A DNA stretch of 64,000 bases, taken from contig CM060731.1 in NCBI GenBank assembly GCA_030704615.1, positions 82,646,001 to 82,710,000 on the forward strand, given 5' to 3'. The notes under the pieces were generated by a model that saw only the letters and a list, made by a program, of their open reading frames with translations, was not told the DNA's origin and ran no database searches. A program made the translations under genes and the position numbers. This document shows positions 51,693 to 64,000 of the stretch, piece after piece (within the stretch, counting starts at the first letter, position 1; each line of letters starts with the position of its first letter). The stretch comes from Takakia lepidozioides (Eukaryota > Plantae > Bryophyta).

Positions 51693-53501
51693 CTACTGAA
51701 TAGCAGGAGGGCATGGAGTTGGGAGGTGTTTGTCGTTGTAGCACGGGCCTCCATAATCAAGCGTTGAGGTCTGCCCTTCGGTCCCATTGTCTTGGACCAG
51801 TTCACGCAGGGATCGTAACTTAGTACACCCAGGTGCGGGTTGCGTCGTCCCCCTCAGCATTACCTGGTATGCATCTCTCTGCAATGGCAAAGGAAACGTT
51901 ACTGACGGAACATTACTTAAGGTGCACACTCGACGTGATTCAAGAAAATACACGGCTGCTGTAGCGGCAGAACACCATCGCTGAGAGAGCAGTCTAGAAT
52001 CTAGAACTTCCAACTACGCAGGCATTTACGAGATCTCAATATCACCAACCAGGAATTATACGACAATTTTCAGAACGTTTCAATGCCAGCAGTACAGAGA
52101 GTAACTCGATCGATTAGAAAGAGTTCCTCTAATACTTCACTTGTTTGGGTCTTTCCTCACAGCGGAAGATAGATAGATCTACCTCTAGAGGTACATTTGT
52201 TCCATAGACTTTGGATTTCGTACATGTAACAATTTTCAATTCATGAGTTCATGGCGGCGTATCAAACACATGTGAACTTGCACATAACTCTTTATATGAT
52301 CATCCACGTGTGGAGAACTCATAACTTCAGTTTTCCAAATCTAACCAGCTCTACTCCGTTCCACTGCACTAAGCTAGTTACTCATGTACATCTAACTGCC
52401 TGGGCAGACCTGCTCCCTCCCTGATCTAGTGCAGTGGCAAGAAATCCTTACCAGTTGGTCACTTGAGGTTGAACAGTGTTAAAAGTCTACTACTGTTTTT
52501 TCATGTGAAACCCGAAACTCTACATTCATGGTCCGCATTAGTCTATCTAGATGATCTTGTATGTGTACCCTGCTTTATTTTGTCCTGGCATGCGCAAGCT
52601 CTTTGAGCTTCCATTCGATCGACGTTAGAATTAAGTTTCATTACAATTTTCTATCTCTAGAGAAATTCTCCAAACGAATGGTAGTCAGGGTTACATACCA
52701 GACGTGAATAACTTAGAAGACTTGAATCAGTAGAAGTTCCTGCATTACAACGACGCAAGAACCAGACAAGTGATCAGCATAGAGAACAGAGCCGAAAGGA
52801 TTACGATCAGCATACAACTTTTACAGGAGTAGGCCCGCGTCAGACTGACCAGCACTCTTTAGGATTACTTAAAGGTACCTACAAGTACAGGTTTTCCACA
52901 AGTCCACGCGTAGATCAGATTTTTCGAGTTCAGAGAGTTAAAACTGAAGTACGTTGATGTATCGCGAGTTCAGGTCTCCCATTCCCAAGGTGACCAGTGC
53001 GATATTCAGAAAATTCAATCTCAGGATGGGGAATCCAATTACCTAGGATCAAATGCACAGTCATCTGCAGCTGGCATGTTTGTTTTCAGCCTAGTGAACC
53101 ACCCGATGATACGCTCGTATATCCATCCATGGAGGCGTCCTTAAACATCAGCGTTGCTAGAGCTACTTTCCTCTACGACTATGATGCGACTCGTCTGACA
53201 AGATATCCGTAAGAGAGAGAGTGTAACACATGGAGGTGTAACTTTCGTCATACATGTCATTTCTTCTAGGTGTCGGACCGTAAAGGACGCAAGGAAGAAG
53301 GAAGACGCACAGATAACGACGATAGAGAAAAAGAAACTCGGATCATTCAAGCTTGAGAGAAATTCGACGATGCGTATGACTGGGGAGAGTGAGGAAAATA
53401 CCCTCAGCGAAGGCAGGTGAGAGTAACACGAACAAGATGAGAGTGCAAAGAAGGGCCATGAGGAAGGCCCTCGAGCTCCCAGAGCCGGATGCCGCAGCCA
53501 T
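51693..53501 (-). CDS. PSY-family (tyrosine-sulfated) small secreted peptide precursor, 3 exons, ~108 aa
   Basis: Exons 53501-53402, 52739-52699 and 51878-51693 with GT-AG introns in compatible phases (1, 0). Signal peptide FLMALLCTLILFVLLSPAFA. C-terminal DYGGPCYNDKHLP fits the PSY pattern DYxxPxxNxKHxP. Confidence 0.75.
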
Positions 53502-56500
53502 GTCGATAGATGCCAAAACGTCGCAGCGCGTGTGCTGTGCAGTGCACACAGACCGATGCGGCCGTGTTGACTCTGCGAGAGAGACGCCCACCGGATGCCC
53601 CGGTTACTGACCCCGTCCGCCCTGGACTGACCGGGCCGACCGGCACGATAATCGGCATGTCTATGTCGCCTACTGGCAATAGTGAGATCCGTTTGGGAAC
53701 CCTGTTCTAACGCACGTGCGGACATGTTCCCAAATCGCTCGTTCCCGTGCATGTTCCTCTGGCAGCCGCGGCGGCGCTGGCGACGCGTCACGTAGATTCC
53801 TCTGCCACCATCTACCGCGAGCGCAAGCTGCCACGTTTCTAGATCTTATTGGTTGATTTGTTGACTTTCACCGTCATCTGTAAGTACACTAAGAACAGTA
53901 AGTCAACTTATTACCAACTTATTACTTATTTCCTTTCACGCCCACCCTTTTTGTTTTTTAAGTTTTACTGGCCTGGTGTTGAGTTGATGGGGTCGATCGG
54001 GAAGGAGAGAAGAAGCGGGAGGGTGGGTGAGGTGCGGCATTGCTGCTGAGGCGGACCCGAGCGTCAGTTTCTGCGAAGGGCGTCAGAACTGTCAACTTTG
54101 ACCTCCGAGAATCGTGTCGGTGGATGGCCACGAGTGGCAGCGCACGTATGGCGGTGGAACTGAGCCTTGAGATAAGTGAGAGAACTACTTAGCAGATCGT
54201 TAAATCCGGGAGAGCTCACTTTGTTTGCCACATGTGCATCTGTGAATTTCGAGAAGGGCAGCTTGCATAGTGTGGAGCGGTGTATGTTTGAGATCCTGAA
54301 GTATCATGAGTTCCTCTTTGAACGTGGCTTTGATTGCAGAATGGGATTGAACTATGCGATGTGTGCACTCTCTCTCTCTCTCTCCTCTGCATATCAAGTA
54401 GTCTAATGTGTGCATCTCTCTCCATTGGTCTTGTGGATCTCTTAAAGTCTGACGATGAAAAGGTGTTTCGTATTATGAATTCATGCAAAACTTTGAGGTC
54501 AAGTCGGGAAATTTAAGGTTCCATTGTGGTTCAGAATTGAGTTAGACCAGCTTACAACCCTCTCCAGCTCTTACGCAAGTAGATAAAAGGTGGCAACGAT
54601 GTGTTTGCTGTGAGAGCCGAGTCGAATTGTGTGAACGTCCATTCCATAAAGAGCAGCGACCCGCTTTCATCCATTCCTGTGGTAGTTTCACCTGTGATTA
54701 ACCCCGCAAGGACCATCCCCGATCTGGTAGTCGCCAGGTTGTTTCGGTAAAGGAAACGAGAACAAACAGCGGAGGTAAAGCATAAGGAGAGGGGGAATGA
54801 ATCGCATTGTCCATGCCTTGTGTCCCGAACGCAGGCATCCCCAGAGGTCTCTTTGTGTGTATCAGTCTGATAATTGACTTGTGAGGGAGCATGGGTATGT
54901 GCCGTTTCGGTCCCTGGGAATCCAGTTCTTCTGAGGTTTAGGATGTGCACTGGTAAGCTACTCGGCCTTCCACACAATTGTCAACCCCGAGCCCCTGAAG
55001 TGATGATCGGACAGAGAATACCCCTAATCATCATCGTCCCGCAGATTCAGTGATGCAACTGGTACTTCCACTACCGCAAGGATCACCCAGAAACACTGTT
55101 TGTGTCGTCACCCCATTTTGATACGCCTTAGGAGTCAGTGCCAACAACGTGATGGTGGACATGTCGTAACCTGATCCAGGCATCTAAGATGTACCCACAG
55201 GTTTGAGGATGGAGTTGTACTTCACATACTGTGTACAGGCCAACTCATTTTCTGAGGAACTGCCCATTTGGGTTGTGCATGAAGCTCACATGTTATCTCC
55301 CAATGAAAAAACCCTCTGTTCATGAAGTCTGGCATATTTTAGTTACAGTCAGGAAAAACCCTCTACTAGCTAGTACAGATACCAGATCAATATGACCGAA
55401 AACCAAGTACTCCAGGGTTATTAATTGCCAAATACTGCATGCATGATCTCCTATTCTCTGTTCGGCAGTCTTACAGTATGTGGCTTTCTCTGTCAAGTCC
55501 CCTCTCTCTCCAGAATGGGAATTTGTCAAATCTTGTGTAGGTCAACTGAACCTGTCACTGGGCAATGGTGATTTGAACTTCTCTAGCACAGTGTTCACAA
55601 TTCGCAACTACCAGATTTACTCATCCGCTAGTTTTCCCTTGCTGACCTCCAATTCCATTTCACCATCGACTGGCCCCTCACAGATCCTGTCATGTAATTG
55701 TCTCTCTCCACAGAAGTTCATGGAAACCTCCCCAAGTCTACACGTGCCATGGCACAAATGAAAGATTGTCCGTAGAGGTGCTGCACGACCGCGGTGAGAG
55801 CCATTGGAGGTGCAACTCCACCTTTCAGGGCATACATTCATGTACACCATACACAGCAGCCCATCAACCAGCCGATTGGAGATATACTCATTACACCTGG
55901 CTTACAAAACCTCAAGGCAATAGATCCTATGCCTGTTTTCAACCAAGTGAAACAGGGGAGAAGAGGATTGGAGGGTAGTAGAACTGGAACCACTTTGCTC
56001 CTGGAAGACTTATCCTGTAGTGGTACTTATCATTACATACAAATTCTGCTGTAGATCTTCCCCAGAAAGACTTTCACCAACAGAATTGGGCCAATGCAGG
56101 ACACAGCTTCGGCATTGTTTTCAGCTTCTCAACGTGTGCAAAAGGAGGAGCCATGACAGCTGCAGACAGGGTCTCTGTCCAGAAGAGTTGCCCATTACAA
56201 TGCATCAGACAATGTTAGTTGTCCACCATGTTCCTTCTGGACTGTACAGAGGTATGCAACCTACTCTTGTTGGTCTTGACACATACCTTCTGTTATTAGC
56301 TTCCAGAAACCCACCTGGTGAATCCAACTGCTCTATCATTGATGCAAAGGACTTGTGGCCCTTCTTCGTAAGACAGGAAAGTTGGCATCAAGATCTCTTC
56401 CGCCTCCTTCCATAATCATAATCTTTGCCACACCCTTGGGCAATTCCCTCTCCAAAGCTCATTGATCGTTGTATCCACTAGCCCACCATGTGCACCATGC

Positions 56501-57661
56501 CAGAATTTTAGCTTCCAGTCAAGAGAGAGAGAGAGATGACTCCGGCCGAAGCCGGCGGAACCTAAGAGCCACTTCACCTTGCGGCTACTGCTCCTTTTCA
56601 GGGGTGGGCCCTATTGCTTCCAGTCAACCTAGTTCAGGTTGTTTTAACCAATTCGGATGATGTGTTTCAGAGAGAAGACTCTGACCGCAGCAAGTGTGAA
56701 TAAAAGCCACTTCCCCTTGCAGATTCCTATGGGGTGTGGCCGACGTATTCCAAGATTAGTTCCCACGGCACAGACAGAAGCTTGGCAAGATAGGGATTTC
56801 AGGAGGATTTGACAGCGAGATGGCTACATAACAGCCTGACCTGACCCATTCACCATTTCTCTTTCAGAAGTCTGTTCCTCACAAATCATAAGGCAAACCA
56901 GAAGATCCCCATTCCATGTCTGCTCAATCAGTTTCTGAGTATGGCCAGCTTGATTTTTACCTCCAAGGAGTCTACACATGCCTTCTCTGAAACCAGGTTC
57001 AGTGGCAGTCAATGGAGAAGAACTAGGCAGGAAATGGATGGTGGATGGACAATTTTCCACATTCCCACAAGAAGACTTCTGCCTCAACTATAGTTGCTGG
57101 AAGATGAAGCAATTCTGTAAATGTCAATACATAACATGGACACTCGACCCCTTTCACAAAGAGCACGAGAGTGCCCCAAATGTGTAGGGTAGGGTTTTTG
57201 CATCATGGCTTGAGATGAAACAAGGCATTGAGCATCTTTTCCATGCATAAGGCATAAGACTCCCCTCGCACAATAACCCACATTCAATGTGCTGCGCAAC
57301 TTGGAAACCAGTAAACTGAAACAGTGTATTCATGTACAAATAAAAGAAACTGATGCATAGGTGATCTACAGCCTAGAAGTCTGCTTTGTTAACTACAACA
57401 GTAAGCTCCAAATGCGCAACCATGATTGACAAAGCCACTCCAATGTCTTCATGGATCTTTGTACACCCTGTATCTCCAAAAGCATGAATTCACCACATTT
57501 GCTTAAGGAAATGCTCCTCTGCAAACTTCTGCATGGGGAGTCCTCGGCCATGCTCCTCACTACCGTAAACTCTCACGTGGTTTTCTCTCAAACTCCTGTA
57601 TATCAACGGAGACCACATACAATCTATCTCTTGTGCTTTTATATTACACCATCTGCTTCCC

Positions 57662-58864
57662 CTATCTACCTCCAGCTGGAGCCTGCTCAGCGCCAGGCCT
57701 AGCATACTGCTGTCTTGCCGCTTTTGATTGCGCAAGCAACAGATCATAGTTCCTCCTTTCCATCGCAACACCACGGCTCTCAATGATCTTGTCTGCAAGG
57801 CCATAATCAATCGCTTCTTGCGCGCGGTAGTACCTGGGCCTCTGAATGTCAAGAGCGATTTCCTCCCGGTTCTTTCCCGTACCCTTCGTCAGCAGATCGA
57901 TGTAGTAGTCTGTGTTGGCAGACAGCTCCTTCGCCTTGATCCACATGTCAATGGCAGATCCACCGGACTGATTAACCTTGGGGGAATACAGCTTGGTTAC
58001 AGAATTTGGTTGAACGGCGCGGAAACCCTTCTCACCGATAGAAAGAAGCATGCCCGCCTGTCCGAATGCCATACCGCAGTTCACTGTATAGACTTTCGAT
58101 TTCACATAAGCAATTGTGTCAGCAATCGCGTAGGCCTCAGTCTCAAAGCCAATGCTCTCTCTCTTCTCATTCTGGGTACCGGGGGAGTTGATGTAGAAGT
58201 AAATTGGCTTGCTAGGGTTATCATGATCTAACCACAATAGCTCGGCAATAATGAGCTCAGTCACCGCAGGCACAATTGGCATGCCCAGGTAGCAGATGCG
58301 AGAGTCGAGGAGGAGTGATGGTAAGTCAGGGGGCGAAGTCTTTGGTCGACCATAGCCGCCCCCTCCCCGGTACATGCTTACGCTCATACTCAGCCGAGAC
58401 GGTGCATTCTCAAGGCCAGTAAGACTCCACATTCCGGTCCCCTCTTTGTAATGATTTGCTGAAGAAATTGTTGCTTCGGTGACGCGCTCAGATCGCCTCT
58501 TCATGGGGCTGTCCTCCGTCATGAACATATCCATCTGGGCGGGGTTCAATCCATACAAATACTTCGGAACGTTCTTAAAGTTGTCAGTCAATCCCTCCTT
58601 CAGATTATCACTCCGAAACTGCTTAGGTATGTGATCAAATGAAGCCCGGGCTCTGACCACCGCCCGCTTCCCCTTACTAGAAACCCAAACTCTGTCGTCT
58701 CTCTTCCATGCAAGCGAGTGAGTCTCTCCAAGAAAGACACCTCCAAGCCTTACCACTCCCCCGCTAGTTTCCCCTGTGAAAGAGCTCCTCGGCCCACCGC
58801 TCTTCCTGCATGGCAACACCATAGTTGACGGGGCTACACCTGCCGCAGCCATGGTGACAGCCAT
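57662..58864 (-). CDS. CLPR1: Chloroplast Clp protease non-catalytic subunit ClpR1, intronless
   Basis: Transit peptide, then FDHIPKQFRSDNLKEGL...MDMFMTEDSP...PPDLPSLLLDSRICYLGMPIVPAVTELI. First ATG at 58864. Confidence 0.93.
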   Translation of the reverse strand: MAVTMAAAGVAPSTMVLPCRKSGGPRSSFTGETSGGVVRLGGVFLGETHSLAWKRDDRVWVSSKGKRAVVRARASFDHIPKQFRSDNLKEGLTDNFKNVPKYLYGLNPAQMDMFMTEDSPMKRRSERVTEATISSANHYKEGTGMWSLTGLENAPSRLSMSVSMYRGGGGYGRPKTSPPDLPSLLLDSRICYLGMPIVPAVTELIIAELLWLDHDNPSKPIYFYINSPGTQNEKRESIGFETEAYAIADTIAYVKSKVYTVNCGMAFGQAGMLLSIGEKGFRAVQPNSVTKLYSPKVNQSGGSAIDMWIKAKELSANTDYYIDLLTKGTGKNREEIALDIQRPRYYRAQEAIDYGLADKIIESRGVAMERRNYDLLLAQSKAARQQYARPGAEQAPAGGR

Positions 58865-60092
58865 CCCCCTCACTTACTGATCCCTCTTCTCTTCTCTTTT
58901 CTTCCCTCCCTTTGATTCCCCTCAACCCCAAAAGTGAAGAAGAAAACCTTGTGGCTATGGCGGCCTTCGAGCTGTGCCCGTGTGTGGCCTGAAGAACGGA
59001 AGAGAGAGAGAGAGAGCCGTGTGACCCTCTCTAGTGATATTTGTGTAAAGTCCCAGTCGGTGTGTGTGGCTGTGTAAACAGCACGTTCCCTTTGAAACAC
59101 TCCGCTCCCTATCCAACACGCAGCCCAACATTTCGAAGAGAACAGTATCCCTTCCTGCTCAAATTCTTTCAGTGGAAGTAAGTAAAGAGCAAATGCTCTG
59201 TCCCTTTGGAATGTTTGCCTCCCTCTTCTCCACCTCTTGGAAGTCTTCAGTTTATTTCTTCATGGTGTATATGAGGAGGAAAGAAAATTAGGGCAAAAGT
59301 TTGTGGGCACCGTATTAGACCTTGAAAAGTCTGGGGAGACTGAGTCATCAGCTGGAGGACTTGATACTAAGCTAGAGTTATAAATGCAGATCAAAAGGTT
59401 CGCAAAAGGGCCTCCATTCCAATTGCTGGAGTCAGTGGCAAGTTCCTCCGATATGCTAGCCAACCATAGAGAGAGAGATACACGACTCCGGCTAGGCCAG
59501 CTAAATAAGAACCACTTCACCTTGCAGCTACTACCCCCTGTTGGGGGTGGGCCAAGCATACAGTTATCTCTGATGTCTTGTCAACATTAACAAACCGCAT
59601 GTGGCGGTTGATGTTGTTGATTATTTGGGGGTTGAGATTTCCAGGAGTTCTTTGAATCACAAGGCAATAAGAGGCCAAGACATTTTGATCAGTTTCGATG
59701 CATTCTGTAACTATATACTGAGAAATTCTAGAGATGCCTATTGCATACCTTGAGCATAATGTTGAAAGAGACAGAAGTCTGCAAACTTTAGGCCATGTTC
59801 CCTGGGGATAAAACCCCCATCCATTCAGTGATCTGAACCGGGTCACACCAATGTCTCAGCCCATCAATTTCATTAGTAAAGAACCACCATTTCTTAGGAT
59901 TTTTAACTGGGTGAAAAGGTTCTCATGAGACTTGCAAGCTGATCTTGCCTGCTGTGAGCATCCCCCGGCATGGTTTAAAGCAAGAATACTTCCATTAAAT
60001 GACGGAAGAAACTTAAAATTGATAATACGACCTCTTCAATCTGTCAAAGGTAACACCTAAATGAATGAAGTTATCAAAACTAAAGATTAGGT

Positions 60093-61820
60093 TTACTGTA
60101 TGCAGCAACCTCCAGTATCACCCTCATGATGCACATCACCATAGGCAGAAAGCTCCACCAGATCCATGTCTCGTCCTGCAAGGATGTGGAGTTTCTTAGA
60201 CATCAACAGACTCTTGTGAATAAGGCAGCAGAGAGTTCACTAGCCTACCTTTCCCGCACTCCATTAAGAAGATCTAAAATCAGAAAGGACTGCTTCTGCT
60301 TGAGAATTGACCCCGATTCCACTATTGAGAGGCATTTATCCTAATGCATGCTTCAGTGTTGAGGCTTTTAGAGTTTAGGTTTTTTCTGATGGATTGCACA
60401 ACAAGTGCCGAAAGAATGAGGTATATGGACAAGCCCATCCAGCACTAAAGATTAGGAACCCTATAATGTTGTGCGCTTTCTTGGCCTGGAGCTTGTTGTA
60501 CAATTGTGTTAAAGCTTTGGGCACAGATATTTAAGTGTAAAACTACAAATATGGACACCGCACCTGAAATCCGGCAGTATGCACTGCGTTGCATCAACTC
60601 AGTCTTTGATACATTACTGCGGTTGCCCTTTGCTCGATTTGCTGCTGCCTACATCCACAATCAGTGCAATTAAACTTCATTTCAAAACACAGTGTACACA
60701 ACATACCCCATGCTCTCAACATCTGTTAGACATTGTGGAGGTGAGACCATTAATGTCTAACGTCCACAGTGCATGCAGGCAAAAAACAGTAAGCTTCAAA
60801 GCTCCCACATTCAAATGTAAGTGGCAAACATTAGAGAATTCAGGAACAGATTGAGGAACCCAGATGGCGTTTTCAGTTCAACAGAGAGATAACCATAGGA
60901 AATTTCCAAATATCAGTGGATAGAGTACCTGGAGTACTTGGCAGTTTTCAACTGTGCTCTGACCCCCCTGCAATGTGAAATAGGAACAGTCTCAACCATG
61001 CCAAGTCTCCACAGCATTCTGCGGAAAGGTGACCTTTAGAGAGACCTCTTAACACCGTCTGATTTTAACATTGCAAAATCAAATCCACATACGGACCAGA
61101 GACACCGGGATAGTTGTTCATTTTCCAACCATTTAACCATCCAAGAAATCCACTACGAGAGAGGTGGAGAAGCACGGTTGAAGTGTTCCACCTCATCGTA
61201 GCAATGGGGATTGAGGGCAAGGGGTTTCGATCTGCTGACATTTGGGGAACCTTCAAAACCATAAAGACCTTCGAGAGCTCCACACACTGCAGATGCGTTT
61301 TGCTGGAAAGTGTTTCAATCCATTCCTACTAGGGATGAGGGGTCTCTCTGTCTCTCTGCCCGGCGGACCTCCCGAAACCTTCTTTACTTAGCATGTCATT
61401 GACTACTGCCGAAAGAGGACTAAATCGCGGGACAACACTGGCGACTCACTAGATTTCAGAGTGATGGTCAGCTACTCATCAAGAAGGTGGTGCATATTTT
61501 AGTCAGCACCTCAATCTGTCTGAAAAGCGACAAAGAATTAAACTAACCTTGGAGTAAGGAACTATATGATCATAGTCATGGCAGAGGCATCCCTGGCATC
61601 CCAACAGCTTGCGAAACACCAGATTTCCTAGAGCGTCTCGTCTCCAGCGGCTCGGGTCCCTGCCTTTCACGATCTCAGCTTTTTCCCAGCAATTCTCCTT
61701 CACATCATGCGGGAACGATCTTGGACCGGACGCCGCAGGCCACGCCCGATCGTCGTCTTTCTGTTCTGAGCTTGCCGCCTTGGCCGCTGCCCGCACTGCC
61801 TTGGACAGCCCACGCACCAT
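60093..61820 (-). CDS. Plant HNH endonuclease-domain protein, 4 exons
   Basis: Exons 61820-61548, 60967-60929, 60648-60564, 60175-60093 give PRSFPHDVKENCWEKA...HDYDHIVPYSK/GGQSTVENCQVLQ/AAANRAKGNRS...YCRIS/GRDMDLVELSAYGDV...GGCCIQ*. Confidence 0.9.
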
Positions 61821-62874
61821 TCCTCACCATACTTTTACCACCCACTCAAGGAGCGCCCACAAGAGCAAATGACCGCCCACTTGGCCCCACTTCCCTGCGC
61901 CGCTATGTCCAGCACAATGGATGGAATATGCCTCATCTCCGATCATTATGTTTGGGATTCAGCTTTCCCCACGACCATCTACCACAGCACATAATTCCCC
62001 TGTATCTGCTTCTTGCTGCAGAGTAGGAGTCATAGAGTTAACCTTTGCTCCCTTCGCGTTAAGTTAGTGCTGTCCGAGACGTCCATCTGCACAGGCCTTG
62101 CCATCTGTTCCTGCAACCTATCTAAATCGGAAGACAAGCTCGGTAGGAGCTGATATAATAGTACCTTTACACCAGATTGGTGAGAGACAATGTGTTCTAA
62201 GCTAGTGTGGTGGGGTTGCAGGAATTCCCGACCTGGCTATCTGGCCCTTGCTTCTTGGAGCTCTCTACTAATTGGAGGTGCATTTCTGGTGTACAATACC
62301 AGTGCACTGAGACATTGCTGATCTCTGTCTCAATATTTTAGTTCCTTTGTGCAGTGTAGCTTTGAAGTTTGAACGTTTGAACGGGCACGCAATTGAAAAG
62401 AACACGGTGAGGTCTTTAATTGTAATGAAAGAAGTCTGGTATGATCACTGGTGCAATTCTTGCAGCTGTTTTTGCTTGGAACTATCATGGAGGAGGCACT
62501 TCTAGATTTCGATGTTTTCGCTGATCTCGATTGTAGTAACACCTCGGTGAAACATGGAGGTGCAGGCCAACCCATAGTGACACTGGACAAAAGCACTTAC
62601 CACCGCAACTATCTATGGTGGTGGTTATGTATGTAAAGAGGATGCAGAAAAGACTGGAGACTCTTCTGTTCTCAGAGTCGACAAAAGTAGACCAAACTGT
62701 CGTTCAGGGTGGAGACATGAAGATGTTCGTCGGGCAGCGTACACACTTTGTAGATCGAGAGTAGGTCGATTGTTGATCCACTTGTTCCTGGGAAGTAACA
62801 TCTAGTGCAGTGGGCACTATGAAAGTTCATATTGAGAGATTCCTGGGAAAATCCCTGGTGCCTTTGTTTTCATC

Positions 62875-63633
<759 letters not shown>

Positions 63634-64000
63634 AGCTCCTTGGGCAGAATAACCCGAGGTATGGCCAGAGAGATTCCTACGGAGAGAGGGGAGAAGAAAG
63701 CAAGAGGGCACCTTGACCCAAGCTTGACGCCCCTAACCTCACCGCTCTGCCATTTTGCAGCTTCTTGATTGCCTTACTGACATTGGCTGTAGTAAAGAGA
63801 GAGAAGTGAAGAGGTTTAGAGGTTATAGGAGAAGGAGTTTGGGTTGGGGAATGGTACAAAGACTGTGCATACTCATGCCAGACATGAATGTCAGTGATTA
63901 GGGGGGATCTCTATGAGGTTTAAGGAGGGACCAAGAAGATCGAGGAGAAAATCTGATTTTAGCAAGGAAAGAAGATTGCAACTTGATAGCGTAGGCTTGC

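Noticed and set aside
54000-57600. Short ORFs between the PSY-like gene and ClpR1
   Set aside because: No recognisable domains or splice-consistent model.

Overview
Eukaryotic nuclear DNA from a land plant (GT-AG introns, nuclear PsaL/ClpR1/SDP1). A non-seed plant is my guess and cannot be proven here. The first ~24.4 kb is a nest of transposons: three LTR copies of one Gypsy-like family, two decayed CACTA/En-Spm pieces, a Copia RT/RNase H fragment, and an ~8.1-kb element with terminal inverted repeats (~10584-18695). That element carries a spliced, bacteria-like N4-C/N6-A DNA-methyltransferase module, a decayed SWIM zinc-finger gene, a captured intron-containing RPL32 fragment and two families of palindromic repeats. 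From ~26 kb on the window is gene-rich. It holds a 14-exon gene that fuses two consecutive methionine-salvage enzymes (MTI1 + MTK1), intronless PsaL, SDP1 lipase, a decayed LINE, a truncated TolB-like gene, a 3-exon PSY-type sulfated-peptide precursor not evident from the ORF track, intronless ClpR1, an HNH-endonuclease gene and an RPS2 processed pseudogene. The best candidates for a novel system are the methyltransferase-carrying DNA transposon and the MTI-MTK fusion. All calls come from reading the sequence by eye; no database searches were run.
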